64,000 nucleotides of DNA from the sequence record MW748999.1. The stretch is one strand, 5' to 3'. Below, in pieces: positions 8,646 through 18,043 of the stretch; position 1 is the first letter of the stretch, and the number at the start of each line of letters is the position of its first letter. The position numbers were made by a program, and so were the translations under genes. The notes below the pieces were generated by a model. It searched no databases. It had not been told where the DNA came from and worked only from the letters and a program-made list of their open reading frames with translations. Source of the stretch: Escherichia phage vB_EcoM_Skers.

Positions 8646-10037
8646 TCAAATATAGTCTACTCGATACCGCGCACGGGTAACACCCACATATAATAACTGC
8701 ATTGCCAATTCAAAGTCAACATTGTCTGTACACATGCAAGGAGTATACAGGAACACGCGGTCTACGCTGATCCCTTGTGACTTATGAATGGTGCAAGCTG
8801 GTAATGCTTTTACATTCAAGAACATACGCTTCATCGTCCAGAAGGAATCCCAATCTGGTTTAAATTTTGGATTCTCTTTCTTCATTTCGCGATATTGTCC
8901 GGCGACCGTATTCAGATAGATAGAGAAAATGTTCTTCTGACGTTGTTCTGTCAGAATGTTGATTTCTACTAAATCTGGTTTATCTGTAGTGATTCCGACT
9001 GCATCTAAACCGACTTTCTGATTTAGGATTTCTTTGTCTTCGTCATCATCGACGCTTTCCACTTTCAGAGTATAGCCTAAAACTGGTTGCGGATCTACCC
9101 CCGTGCAACGTAATGTAAATTCGCGCGGGATGACCTCTTTAACTCGGATCATCTCACCATTGTTAAAAATAACATTGGGAATCTTCTTCCCGCGTTCATC
9201 TCGCAGATATTCGATCAATGGTTCCTGAGTAACCAGAATTTCATCTACAATCACTGGTTCATCGGTGTTATAAACGCGCTTACGCACAATTTCATTGAGT
9301 TTTTCGACGCTCTTGTTAGTGTAGGCCAGAATACGGTTTTCTAGCAGGTCTTCCGGCGTTTTAACGGTTTCGAAATAATGCTTCATAAACTCCGGCAGAG
9401 TTGAGCTATGGAATACACCCTCGTTGCCGCACTGCTTTTCGAATACCCATTTACCATTACGGACAGCGGTCGCCACATCAATGATCGGTGCATTAGATCG
9501 TTTAATTTCTGTCAACTCCACGTTTTGAAAATTTTCATCCGTGAAGAAAGGAGAGATCGACGTTGCACCGCTCGGATCAACTGGTCGTAACTGGTGCGGA
9601 TCGCCAACTGCAATAACAACAATTCGACCGTTGATACTCTTCATGAGAATATCAAATAGTTTCTTATCGACCATACTCGCTTCATCAACAATGATGATCT
9701 GAACATCATCTAGCTTAGGAGTATCTTTTTGTTCAAATACTTGAGTATCTTCATAGTTGGTTGGATTTAGTCGCAGTAGTGCATGTAAAGTAAATGCTTG
9801 ACGACCTACCGCCTTACTCAAAACTTTTTTAGCCTGGTGGGTAGGCGTTGCCAAAACCACACCAGTTACACCACGGCGGACCATTTCCTGAACAATGAAT
9901 TTCATCATTGCGGTTTTACCAGTACCCGCCGCACCACGGACAGTTGTATGCTTCTTTTGTTCAATACGTTTCATTAGAACATCAAAAGCATGTTTTTGCC
10001 CGTCTGTTAACATATCGAAAGTTAATACTCTGCTCAT
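8646..10037 (-). CDS. dda: Dda DNA helicase (SF1)
   Basis: 463 aa; Walker A GAAGTGKT, DEASMVD motif II; N-terminus LTDGQKHAF like T4 Dda. Confidence 0.85.
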   Translation of the reverse strand: MSRVLTFDMLTDGQKHAFDVLMKRIEQKKHTTVRGAAGTGKTAMMKFIVQEMVRRGVTGVVLATPTHQAKKVLSKAVGRQAFTLHALLRLNPTNYEDTQVFEQKDTPKLDDVQIIIVDEASMVDKKLFDILMKSINGRIVVIAVGDPHQLRPVDPSGATSISPFFTDENFQNVELTEIKRSNAPIIDVATAVRNGKWVFEKQCGNEGVFHSSTLPEFMKHYFETVKTPEDLLENRILAYTNKSVEKLNEIVRKRVYNTDEPVIVDEILVTQEPLIEYLRDERGKKIPNVIFNNGEMIRVKEVIPREFTLRCTGVDPQPVLGYTLKVESVDDDEDKEILNQKVGLDAVGITTDKPDLVEINILTEQRQKNIFSIYLNTVAGQYREMKKENPKFKPDWDSFWTMKRMFLNVKALPACTIHKSQGISVDRVFLYTPCMCTDNVDFELAMQLLYVGVTRARYRVDYI

Positions 10038-10387
10038 TATCCTAAAATCCTCACCTTGCGAACACAGATAGTATTGAGTTCTCGCCGTACCCGTTCTTTT
10101 TCATATTCAGGAATTTTATATTCGATACCATCCCGAACAATTTCAGAAGACCGGATTATGCCAAATTTTCGTTTAGGTACAACCTTGTATTTCGGTTCAC
10201 CCGCCAATAGACTCTCACAATAATCTATCTGATCACACATTGACGCTAACGCAGCATCATGTGTTTCGCAAGTTAGGACGCGACCCTTCGCGTCCACTGA
10301 GTATTGAAAGAATCCGTCTTTATCACGATAACATACAGCAAATACATGCATTATAAACCTACCTTCGCTTTCATCAATTCGATCCAC
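10037..10387 (-). CDS. hypothetical protein (dda.1 position)
   Basis: 116-aa minus-strand ORF. Confidence 0.4.
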   Translation of the reverse strand: MDRIDESEGRFIMHVFAVCYRDKDGFFQYSVDAKGRVLTCETHDAALASMCDQIDYCESLLAGEPKYKVVPKRKFGIIRSSEIVRDGIEYKIPEYEKERVRRELNTICVRKVRILG

Positions 10388-11106
10388 GACGCATCAATCG
10401 GAAGCCCGTATTTCACGCGTTCTTTTTGTGCTGGCGTTAAGTTCTCATACTTAGAAAGAGATTCAATCAAAACGCTGGTATATTTTAGCACGATTTCGGT
10501 ATTGTTTGCAATAGCCTTAAGTTTTTCTTCTTTCTTGTTGATTTCGCTAAGGGCTTGCTTGAGATCTGCAATTTTCTGATAACGTTCTTCCATACGTAAG
10601 AGAGTATTTTTAATCGCTCGCTCGGCTGCCTCTGCTTTCTCCGGTTCGTTGTGCTTTTTGTGGCGCTCTATTGCTAATTTCTTTTCTTCGATTGCCATTT
10701 CCTGATTTTTGATGCGATTCTCGTTAAGTTCGATCCACTCGATGTACTTCGCACGTAGGGCAATTTCATCATCAGAAAGTTTACCGTTAGTTCCTAGTTC
10801 CTGGATCTCTTTAAGAGATTCGATAGTGTGATTGCCACGGAAAGAATTGTATTTCAGTTTAACCGGAATTACATTGCCATCAACATATCCCAGATTGCAA
10901 TCAATGCGCTCTAAGGAGAGTCCGTCATCACCTTCACCGAAAGCCTCACCTGAATAGGCACAATGAGTCTGGCGGTAAATGTTACGCACAGTGACTAAGC
11001 TCATAGAGAAGTCTTTGTTGCGACGTGAAGCACCAGCCATGATAGAGTTCAGCCGGAAAACAACCAGCGCCAATTCTTCGTTAGATTTAAAAGCAAACAG
11101 TTTCAT
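10351..11106 (-). CDS. hypothetical protein with C-terminal coiled coil (occupies the T4 srd position; identity not established)
   Basis: 251 aa; GGAGAA SD; heptad-rich C-terminal half. Confidence 0.45.
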   Translation of the reverse strand: MKLFAFKSNEELALVVFRLNSIMAGASRRNKDFSMSLVTVRNIYRQTHCAYSGEAFGEGDDGLSLERIDCNLGYVDGNVIPVKLKYNSFRGNHTIESLKEIQELGTNGKLSDDEIALRAKYIEWIELNENRIKNQEMAIEEKKLAIERHKKHNEPEKAEAAERAIKNTLLRMEERYQKIADLKQALSEINKKEEKLKAIANNTEIVLKYTSVLIESLSKYENLTPAQKERVKYGLPIDASWIELMKAKVGL

Positions 11107-11135
11107 AATTGATTCTCCTTAGTTGGTATGTGTGT

Positions 11136-11164
11136 ATTATTGTCTATCTGGTTTGTGCTGTCAA
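11136..11164 (-). promoter_or_regulatory. sigma70-type early promoter candidate
   Basis: TTGACA on minus strand 17 nt upstream of an AATAAT-like -10, just upstream of start at 11106. Confidence 0.35.
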
Positions 11165-11167
11165 CAC

Positions 11168-11671
11168 TTAAATTAAAGAAAATTTGTAAATCTCTATCAG
11201 ATCGCCATTACACGCGTAAACTTCCTCGATCTCATCAAGGATCATGGTCGTCCCTGTCTTGTATATGCACTCGCGCTCATCTGCCAACATAGCATACAAA
11301 GACAGTCGAGTAGTCGGATTGTCATACTCTTTAGACACCACTCGGTCAATAGCATGTTCGTAATAATTCATGCAAGGCTTGGTAGGTTTTATTGCAATAA
11401 TCTTTCCTGTTGCATAAACATCGGTTGCAAAGTCCTCTGCTGTTGATTGCAGTGGCGTAAAGCTCATAGGACGCTCTACAACGAAAGAATCGCCTACAAT
11501 TAAGGTATCCAGCTTACGGCCTTCTCTTTTGCTCACACCGCGATACAAGGCTTCATGATGCACTAACCGCTCAGTCTTTTCAATCAATCCATTAAGGATC
11601 GACATATCGATATTTTCTTTAGAGTTCATCACCTCATCAATGATGTTAAGTTCTTCTGGTGTAAATTGCAT
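11168..11671 (-). CDS. putative mono-ADP-ribosyltransferase (ModA/ModB-like R-S-E class)
   Basis: 167 aa; candidate R (LYRGVS), STS-like (MSFTPLQST) and ExE (ADERECIY) motifs in the expected order; synteny with T4 modA/modB slot. Confidence 0.4.
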   Translation of the reverse strand: MQFTPEELNIIDEVMNSKENIDMSILNGLIEKTERLVHHEALYRGVSKREGRKLDTLIVGDSFVVERPMSFTPLQSTAEDFATDVYATGKIIAIKPTKPCMNYYEHAIDRVVSKEYDNPTTRLSLYAMLADERECIYKTGTTMILDEIEEVYACNGDLIEIYKFSLI

Positions 11672-11740
11672 AATAAAAAAGCCTCCAATCTTTCGACGGG
11701 AGGCATAATAAAACCATTATAGAGTAGTGTCAACTAATTT

Positions 11741-12265
11741 TTAGTAGCCGCGTTCTTGACGGGCGAAGTTTTCAGCATTTTTCAGATAGTACAGAATAAA
11801 GAGTTCTTGAGCGTCAATACCCAGCGGGATCATCTTTGACAGAATGAAGTGGATCGCGTCCACAAATTCAAATTTCACTTCAAGCTGATCTTCCGGTGAC
11901 AGTTCAGAGAATTTACGCGCTCGCGCTTCCCCGTGGTTCTTTTTCCACATTTTCCAGATTGCACTTGCATCTTTACCATTGGACATTCCACCCAGCGATG
12001 TGTAAAGCTCTCGTGTTTCGTCTGCGATAGCGTCATCCATCCGTTGCATCCAATCCAGCATTTCACCGCAAGTCTCTAGCTTAGTTGGATTTGGGACCCA
12101 ATCAAATTTTTCGGATAATGCAACCTGCAAACCAGTTTGCATTTCGAGCATCACCTGAAACGGATCTTTACCTTCTGCAATCGCGTGATGATATGCGGCG
12201 ATAGCCGCGTTAATATCTTTTTCGTTAACCAGACCAGCACAAGAATTAAATTCTGACATATTCAC
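11741..12265 (-). CDS. 56: dCTP pyrophosphatase (MazG-like dCTPase/dUTPase)
   Basis: Matches T4 gp56 as recalled: KDPFQVMLEMQ, KLETCGE, RELYTSLGGMS, SPEDQLEVKFEFVD, LYYLKNAENFARQERGY. Confidence 0.8.
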   Translation of the reverse strand: MNMSEFNSCAGLVNEKDINAAIAAYHHAIAEGKDPFQVMLEMQTGLQVALSEKFDWVPNPTKLETCGEMLDWMQRMDDAIADETRELYTSLGGMSNGKDASAIWKMWKKNHGEARARKFSELSPEDQLEVKFEFVDAIHFILSKMIPLGIDAQELFILYYLKNAENFARQERGY

Positions 12266-12273
12266 CTCATTAA

Positions 12274-13302
12274 TTAAAATTTACAATATTTCATAAACCG
12301 CATTTTAGCCATCAGACCTTGTACGGTGTTCTCTTTGATATATTCCATGATCTGGTCGCGTGTAGCGCCCTCGTCCTGAATCATGGCGTTAACGTCTTTA
12401 GAATGCCACGGGCAGCGATCCCACAAAACAATCTTTTCCCCTGCATTGATAAACTTTTCCAGTCGGTGCATTGTATCGGCAGACCGTGGTTCCGCATCAA
12501 GTACAAACACTCGCTGATCAGGGAAAGGAATTTCATCTAATCCCAAAGTACCGCCAGTAATTGCACACCCGTTATCAATAAACAATGAATCGATCGGACC
12601 TTCTAAGAAATACACAGGTTTACTCGGATCGGCGCGTTCAAGACCATAGACCTTACTCGCTAACTCATGAGTTTTAATCGTCATATATTTGGTCTTTCCG
12701 TAATCCTTTCTCAATGCTCGCCCCTGAATGGATTCTATCTTGTTCTCGCGGTTAAAGATAGGAATCACTAAACGCGGTTCAGGTTGTGGATTCTTGAAAG
12801 TATCAGCCTTAATGTGATTTGCTACCTTTTGCCATTCTCTCGTGAAATACAGAAGATCCCATTTATCGTGAGGAATACAGCGATCACTGACATACTTTAT
12901 TATAGGATGATTAGCCGGAAGAGTATCTAATCTCTCGCAGAAAGGCAATGTTTGCACTTTCTTAATCTCCGGCTTTTCTACCTTTTTCAGTGGCTTGAAC
13001 GTGGTGTTCTTGTGGTCGCCTTGTTCCTTCCGTCTCTCCATAAGCCATTCCCTGAATAGGTCCGGCTTATACTGTTTGAGAAATTCACCTAACGGCTGAT
13101 TGTAGTTACAGTTGAAACAACCACAACGCAAACTATCTTTATAGGTATAGATACGGAATCGCGCTTGAGTATGATTTTTCTTTGAGTCACCGCAGATCGG
13201 ACAACTACAGACCAGCGTAAATGAGCTAGTATGCAACCGTTTAAAATTTCGTTCGCCGTATATGGCTTTTTCCGCTATTTCATAATCTGCGTAGTAAATC
13301 AT
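12274..13302 (-). CDS. 61: DNA primase
   Basis: 342 aa (same as T4 gp61); zinc-ribbon CPICGDSKKN...CFNCNY; Toprim-like core. Confidence 0.85.
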   Translation of the reverse strand: MIYYADYEIAEKAIYGERNFKRLHTSSFTLVCSCPICGDSKKNHTQARFRIYTYKDSLRCGCFNCNYNQPLGEFLKQYKPDLFREWLMERRKEQGDHKNTTFKPLKKVEKPEIKKVQTLPFCERLDTLPANHPIIKYVSDRCIPHDKWDLLYFTREWQKVANHIKADTFKNPQPEPRLVIPIFNRENKIESIQGRALRKDYGKTKYMTIKTHELASKVYGLERADPSKPVYFLEGPIDSLFIDNGCAITGGTLGLDEIPFPDQRVFVLDAEPRSADTMHRLEKFINAGEKIVLWDRCPWHSKDVNAMIQDEGATRDQIMEYIKENTVQGLMAKMRFMKYCKF

Positions 13303-13311
13303 AATAACCTC

Positions 13312-13515
13312 TTATAGCTCAAATTTCATGAAAGTTCCTACACTTTCATTTTCATTCTCTCCGTTTTCATCTAAGCCAAATTTGTAGACACTACCATCTG
13401 GCGATGTGTAAGAGAATACACGAAAACGGCCTACCGAATCAAGTTCTGTAAATTCATATTCTTTTCCGGCTTCAAAAAGTGCATATGTGCTTTTAAGACA
13501 TTTCATCGTAATCAT
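13312..13515 (-). CDS. hypothetical small protein (61.x position)
   Basis: 67-aa ORF; ATG overlaps upstream stop (ATGA). Confidence 0.4.
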   Translation of the reverse strand: MITMKCLKSTYALFEAGKEYEFTELDSVGRFRVFSYTSPDGSVYKFGLDENGENENESVGTFMKFEL

Positions 13516-13655
13516 TTAAGCGCCACCGACAACAGAATGAGAACTACACCAACATACATTGTGATCTCGGATAACTTTTCTGTTTTTGTTTTGTGTCCAG
13601 ATAATCCGAAAACAACAACACCGATAATAGCGGACAGCAAGCCAACGATAAACAT
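13512..13655 (-). CDS. small hydrophobic membrane protein (47 aa)
   Basis: ORF MFIVGLLSAIIGVVVFGLSG...; not in track (<60 aa). Confidence 0.3.
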   Translation of the reverse strand: MFIVGLLSAIIGVVVFGLSGHKTKTEKLSEITMYVGVVLILLSVALK

Positions 13656-13662
13656 GATGATA

Positions 13663-13839
13663 CTAAGCACCGTCTTTCTCCTTTTTGCGTTTTTCTTTAC
13701 CCGCTACACTAGGTCCACGATTGGTAATAGATCCGCTCGTTTCACCTGCTGCGATCTTCTCAGGATTGCCGCCAGCATCGCCAGCGGTCATATCTTCTTT
13801 GAGTTTATTTTCTTCAACAAACTGTTTAAAGCCAATCAT
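13663..13839 (-). CDS. small basic protein (58 aa)
   Basis: ORF MIGFKQFVEENKLKEDMTAGDAGGNPEK...; ATGA overlap with upstream gene. Confidence 0.3.
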   Translation of the reverse strand: MIGFKQFVEENKLKEDMTAGDAGGNPEKIAAGETSGSITNRGPSVAGKEKRKKEKDGA

Positions 13840-14213
13840 AGAATAATCTCTTTCAGTAAGTCAACAATCTGGTCTTTCGTCAGTTTATCCTGATTCTCTA
13901 CAATCTTGATAACACAAGCGTTAACATCTTTTCGAGTAACGCGGGAGATCGTTTTAATACGATGAAACGGTTCGTAGAAATATACTGCTTCATTATAGAG
14001 CGCAGCAATTTTTCGACGCATTTGATCTTTATCCGACAAGAAAACAAGTGCTGTTTTATGACCTTCTACACCCGCCACGTTATATAGTTCAGCAACACCC
14101 CAGCGACCTTCCGGTTCAATCATTCCGGCGTGTTTACCGTCGATAAAAATAAGAATATCTCCGTTGAATGCGGTTTTGAATGCTACATCTTCCGGCGTAA
14201 TCATATTTTTCAT
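13836..14213 (-). CDS. hypothetical protein
   Basis: 125-aa minus-strand ORF. Confidence 0.4.
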   Translation of the reverse strand: MKNMITPEDVAFKTAFNGDILIFIDGKHAGMIEPEGRWGVAELYNVAGVEGHKTALVFLSDKDQMRRKIAALYNEAVYFYEPFHRIKTISRVTRKDVNACVIKIVENQDKLTKDQIVDLLKEIIL

Positions 14214-14243
14214 AATATAGTCTCCTTAGAGTTTCATTATAGA

Positions 14244-14879
14244 TCAATCGAATGTAGAAAGCAAATGTTTTGTTTCTTTCAGTTGTCGTTCAAGATCTTT
14301 GCGTTTCTCTTTAAGTTGCATTTTAGCATTATTTCGCTGTTTTTCAACATCTTTATCAATGCTCTTATTCCAGTTATCAATATCAGAATAAGTTGGCATA
14401 CCCAATTCTAGACCTAATGCGGTTGGATACAGGGTAACAGTCCATAAACCGCTAATCTTCTTAAATAGGTCGGGGTGTAGTGTACTATCTACATCTTCCG
14501 GTGTCAACTCTTTTTCTTCTTTCAGTGGTGGGATCTCGTCATATGGTTCCAGTGCATTTACTTTAATATCAGATACCTCATCAAAGAATCCGCGTACATC
14601 CGCAGGAAATACACAAGCAATTTCCCAACCGTGATCACGCAGAGAAGTAATATTTTTCACTCCCCCACCATGTGTGATGATTGATGTGACATTGCCATCA
14701 AGGTCCACCGAATTTACGAGAAATGGCTTATCGTCTGTCAGATCATTATAAAACTGTGCTTCGGCTGTAGTCATCTCCAGAAACAGATCTCGGATCGGAC
14801 GACCATCAGGTGCGTTACCTTCCTTGAGAGTATAAAAGCGACTTACGATCCATTTTGGCGGTAAAGCATTAGCGATCAT
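14244..14879 (-). CDS. hypothetical protein
   Basis: 211-aa minus-strand ORF downstream of gene 41. Confidence 0.45.
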   Translation of the reverse strand: MIANALPPKWIVSRFYTLKEGNAPDGRPIRDLFLEMTTAEAQFYNDLTDDKPFLVNSVDLDGNVTSIITHGGGVKNITSLRDHGWEIACVFPADVRGFFDEVSDIKVNALEPYDEIPPLKEEKELTPEDVDSTLHPDLFKKISGLWTVTLYPTALGLELGMPTYSDIDNWNKSIDKDVEKQRNNAKMQLKEKRKDLERQLKETKHLLSTFD

Positions 14880-14929
14880 GTTATATCTCCTATCAAATCA
14901 TTCACCAGCGCCCCGCAGGGCGCATTTTA

Positions 14930-16342
14930 TTAGAAAGTCATGTTATTTGCTAGCTCGTCGAGTTTTTCTCGTTTCTCGGCTTGCTGTGCGCTTTGTGGTT
15001 TAACTTGTGCATTCTCCTGATCTGCGATCTGGTTTGGTACTTCATACCAACGCTGATTGCCTTTCTTCACACCAACGTTAAACCGTGAATAATAGTTCTT
15101 GTCACCGTAACGAGACTTGATCTGCTTCATGAGTTGGACGCCCATTTTAGCCAGGTCTTCGGTTTCGATAACACCCAACATAAAGTCGGCAGTAGCCGGA
15201 AGACCTGCTGATTCAGCGGTATCACTCATGTTAAGGTCGGAAGCATCCCAACCCGCGCGGGTAGTCTGTGCCGCAGTCCAACCAACAACATCCCACTTAA
15301 CAAAAAATCCTCGCAGTTCTTCCGCAATCGCCTTAACTAGTGTGTAACTATTTTCAGAGTATACACGCAAGCGAGACGATGCGCAAATCCCAAGATAGTC
15401 AACAATCACAACATCAGGTTTAAACTGTTTCTTGAGTCGCAATTCATTCATTAACGCCTCAAAGTGATTGGAGTTTGCGCCACCAGTCGGATACTGCTTG
15501 ATCATCAATTTTCCAACCGGACGATCTCCGATCTTCTTATTCTTAACACGCTTCATGCGTGCGGAATATTCCGCAAAAGAAACATTACCATTATCCAATT
15601 CATCTAATGTAATGTCAAGCAAGTTTGCGTCGATACGTTTTGCTACTACATGCTCTGCCATCTCCATTGAGATATACAATACATCATAACCACATTCCAT
15701 ATAATCCGCAGCAAGAGAACACAAGCCAAGCGATTTACCAACGTTTACACCAGCAAGCAACACATTTAGCGTTTTTCTTTCCGCCCCTCCTTTCGTGATT
15801 TTATTCAACATCGGCAGCTTAAACGGGATCTTATTCGCCTTAGTCTGATATAGCAAGAATCGTTTTTCAAAGTCATTAAACCAGTCATGACCTACATCAG
15901 AATCAAACGTAATGGATAGTGCTTCCTGCATGATCTCAGGAATAGCACCCTCACTCGGCAATTTCTTATTCTGTTTCTCTTTTGGTAGTTGTGCGTTCGC
16001 CTGAATCTCTAGCGCCCGTGACATTGCATTGTACATAGCACGGTCACGAATAAATTTTTCGGTTTCCTTCATTAACCAATCAAGGTCTTCCGGTGTATTC
16101 TCCAGCGAATCGAGAAGATTTTTAGCCCCTTCATATGTTGTCTGATTGCCTCTCTCCTTGTCTAAAGCAATCTGTAATGCAGTTGGCGTAGGAATATTGG
16201 AATATTCGTCTACGTGCTTTTTAATCAGCTTATAAATCAGTTTTTCTTCGTCTTCGGTGAAGTAGTCCGCTTTAAGGTGAGGCCATACATTCGTAAAGAA
16301 TGCGCCATTGTAAATCAACTGTGAAAAGATAGTTTTAATCAT
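14930..16342 (-). CDS. 41: replicative DNA helicase (DnaB-like)
   Basis: 470 aa; Walker A GVNVGKS; N-terminus resembles T4 gp41. Confidence 0.9.
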   Translation of the reverse strand: MIKTIFSQLIYNGAFFTNVWPHLKADYFTEDEEKLIYKLIKKHVDEYSNIPTPTALQIALDKERGNQTTYEGAKNLLDSLENTPEDLDWLMKETEKFIRDRAMYNAMSRALEIQANAQLPKEKQNKKLPSEGAIPEIMQEALSITFDSDVGHDWFNDFEKRFLLYQTKANKIPFKLPMLNKITKGGAERKTLNVLLAGVNVGKSLGLCSLAADYMECGYDVLYISMEMAEHVVAKRIDANLLDITLDELDNGNVSFAEYSARMKRVKNKKIGDRPVGKLMIKQYPTGGANSNHFEALMNELRLKKQFKPDVVIVDYLGICASSRLRVYSENSYTLVKAIAEELRGFFVKWDVVGWTAAQTTRAGWDASDLNMSDTAESAGLPATADFMLGVIETEDLAKMGVQLMKQIKSRYGDKNYYSRFNVGVKKGNQRWYEVPNQIADQENAQVKPQSAQQAEKREKLDELANNMTF

Positions 16343-16656
16343 ACATAGCTCCCAACTACACGCATAACAAAGGTCTTGAGTTTATACCAGAAAGTTTCTT
16401 TTTTCAACTTTTCTTCTGCTTCTTTGATCTGCGCGGTTAACGCCTTAATGACGTGTGGATATACCACATCACGATCTGACGGCGTGGAGTAGTCGACCAC
16501 AATACCTTTAGTGTCTGGATCGTATTCAACATTATGAATATAGACAATATGATGTTCTCCCTCTTCATCAACAATTATCAGTTCCTGGATAACTGTCTTC
16601 ATTGCTTCTTGAATCAAGCTGTGTGCTTCTTCTAAACTTGTTGGTTTCTTATCCAT
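16339..16656 (-). CDS. hypothetical protein with C-terminal hydrophobic segment (T4 gene 40 position)
   Basis: 105 aa; GAGAGGA SD; synteny between uvsX and gene 41. Confidence 0.4.
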   Translation of the reverse strand: MDKKPTSLEEAHSLIQEAMKTVIQELIIVDEEGEHHIVYIHNVEYDPDTKGIVVDYSTPSDRDVVYPHVIKALTAQIKEAEEKLKKETFWYKLKTFVMRVVGSYV

Positions 16657-16678
16657 AATATAATCCTCTCTAGATATG

Positions 16679-16698
16679 AAAAAGGGGCACGTAGCCCC
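16679..16698 (-). terminator. rho-independent terminator after uvsX
   Basis: On the minus strand GGGGCTACGTGCCCC hairpin followed by TTTTT. Confidence 0.5.
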
Positions 16699-16711
16699 TT
16701 TACTACCATTG

Positions 16712-17782
16712 TTATGCTAACATATCTTCGATTTCTTTGTCAACTGCTTCGTCGCTGATCACTTGCCCCAGCTTATAATGATCGTTGATTGCTTCGTTAA
16801 ACTTATCGTTTGTCAGAAGTGGTTTCCAGAACTCAATGCTATTGGTTTCTTTAGCACGGAACTTGCGTTCTTCGGTTTCCATCTCTCCGGTCTCGGTATT
16901 TAGGATTGAACGAGAATACCAGCCGTTTGACGGTTTCACTACCCAGCCTAACTCTACAGCCAATTCCAGCAAGCCGGAATAAGGATCGATGCCACCGCTA
17001 AATGTTACGCTAATCGGGAACTTAGATTTTTCTTTAACGGTTCGTGATTTTTCCGCATTCAGGATAAAATCATAACCAGTAATTTCGGTTCCTTCTTTCT
17101 GCTGACGACGACCAATAATGAAAACTTCATTGGCTGAATACATCGCGCCAGTACCGCCGGACATAACGGTCTTACTAAACATTTCTTGCGTTTCGTAAGT
17201 GTGGTTAATAGCGATGCACGGGATATCATTCATAGTCAGATACGGCGTAACCATACGGAACAAGCCTTTAAGTGCTTTCGCTCGCGTCATATCCTGTGCG
17301 GATTTCTCATTAATCGCGTCTTCAACTTCTTTTTTACTTGCTAAGTTACCGATTGAGTCAATAAAGATGATCACTTTATCTTCACGGGTAATTTGCTCAA
17401 GCTGGTTCATGATTTCAAATTTAAGTTCTTCGATGTTCTTGATTGGAACATGCACCACGCGATCAGGATCTACGCCCATAGATTCCAGATAAGCGGATGT
17501 AATACCGAACTCAGAATCAAAGAACAAACACGCCGCATCAGGATTCTGTTTCATGTATGCACTAACACAGGTTAATCCCATGTTTGATTTAAAGTGCTTA
17601 GACGGACCAGCAAAGAAAATCAGACCAGATTGAAAGCCTTTTTTAAGATCACCTGAAAACGCAATATTCAGCATCGGGATCTTAGTGCGAGTATTTGTTT
17701 TTTCGTTAAAGAAGCTGGATTTAGACAGTACCGCAGTAGTTTTCAGGGTAGAGTTCTTTTTCAGTTTTTCCAGTACAGACAT
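16712..17782 (-). CDS. uvsX: UvsX recombinase (RecA-like)
   Basis: N-terminus FFNEKTNTRTKIPMLNIAFSG..GLIFFAGPSKHFKSN matches T4 UvsX as recalled. Confidence 0.9.
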   Translation of the reverse strand: MSVLEKLKKNSTLKTTAVLSKSSFFNEKTNTRTKIPMLNIAFSGDLKKGFQSGLIFFAGPSKHFKSNMGLTCVSAYMKQNPDAACLFFDSEFGITSAYLESMGVDPDRVVHVPIKNIEELKFEIMNQLEQITREDKVIIFIDSIGNLASKKEVEDAINEKSAQDMTRAKALKGLFRMVTPYLTMNDIPCIAINHTYETQEMFSKTVMSGGTGAMYSANEVFIIGRRQQKEGTEITGYDFILNAEKSRTVKEKSKFPISVTFSGGIDPYSGLLELAVELGWVVKPSNGWYSRSILNTETGEMETEERKFRAKETNSIEFWKPLLTNDKFNEAINDHYKLGQVISDEAVDKEIEDMLA

Positions 17783-17793
17783 TATTAATACCT

Positions 17794-18021
17794 CTATTCA
17801 GTTAATCCGTAATACTTTAATTGCTTCATTGTTATTCGATCTTTGTAGTGCTCTTGAATTAACTTTTTCATCGCACCAACATCGATCGTCACAAATACTT
17901 CGTTGCTGTGATTTCCGTGAACTTTCTTGAAATGCTCTATGCCTTCCTCACGTCCACGTTTAATCTTTTCAATGTATCTCATAATATATTTCTCACATTG
18001 ACGGGTATCGTCACCCAACAC
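17794..18021 (-). CDS. hypothetical small protein (sits where T4 has beta-gt/42/imm)
   Basis: 75-aa ORF between uvsX and gene 43. Confidence 0.4.
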   Translation of the reverse strand: MLGDDTRQCEKYIMRYIEKIKRGREEGIEHFKKVHGNHSNEVFVTIDVGAMKKLIQEHYKDRITMKQLKYYGLTE

Positions 18022-18043
18022 CCGCCATTATACACACTTTATC

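Noticed and set aside
10351-11106. Degenerate HNH-like stretch (HCAYSGEAF...LSLERIDCNLGYVDGNVIPV) in the srd-position protein
   Set aside because: Lacks the catalytic His/Asn pattern of true HNH nucleases; similarity is too weak to call without a profile search.
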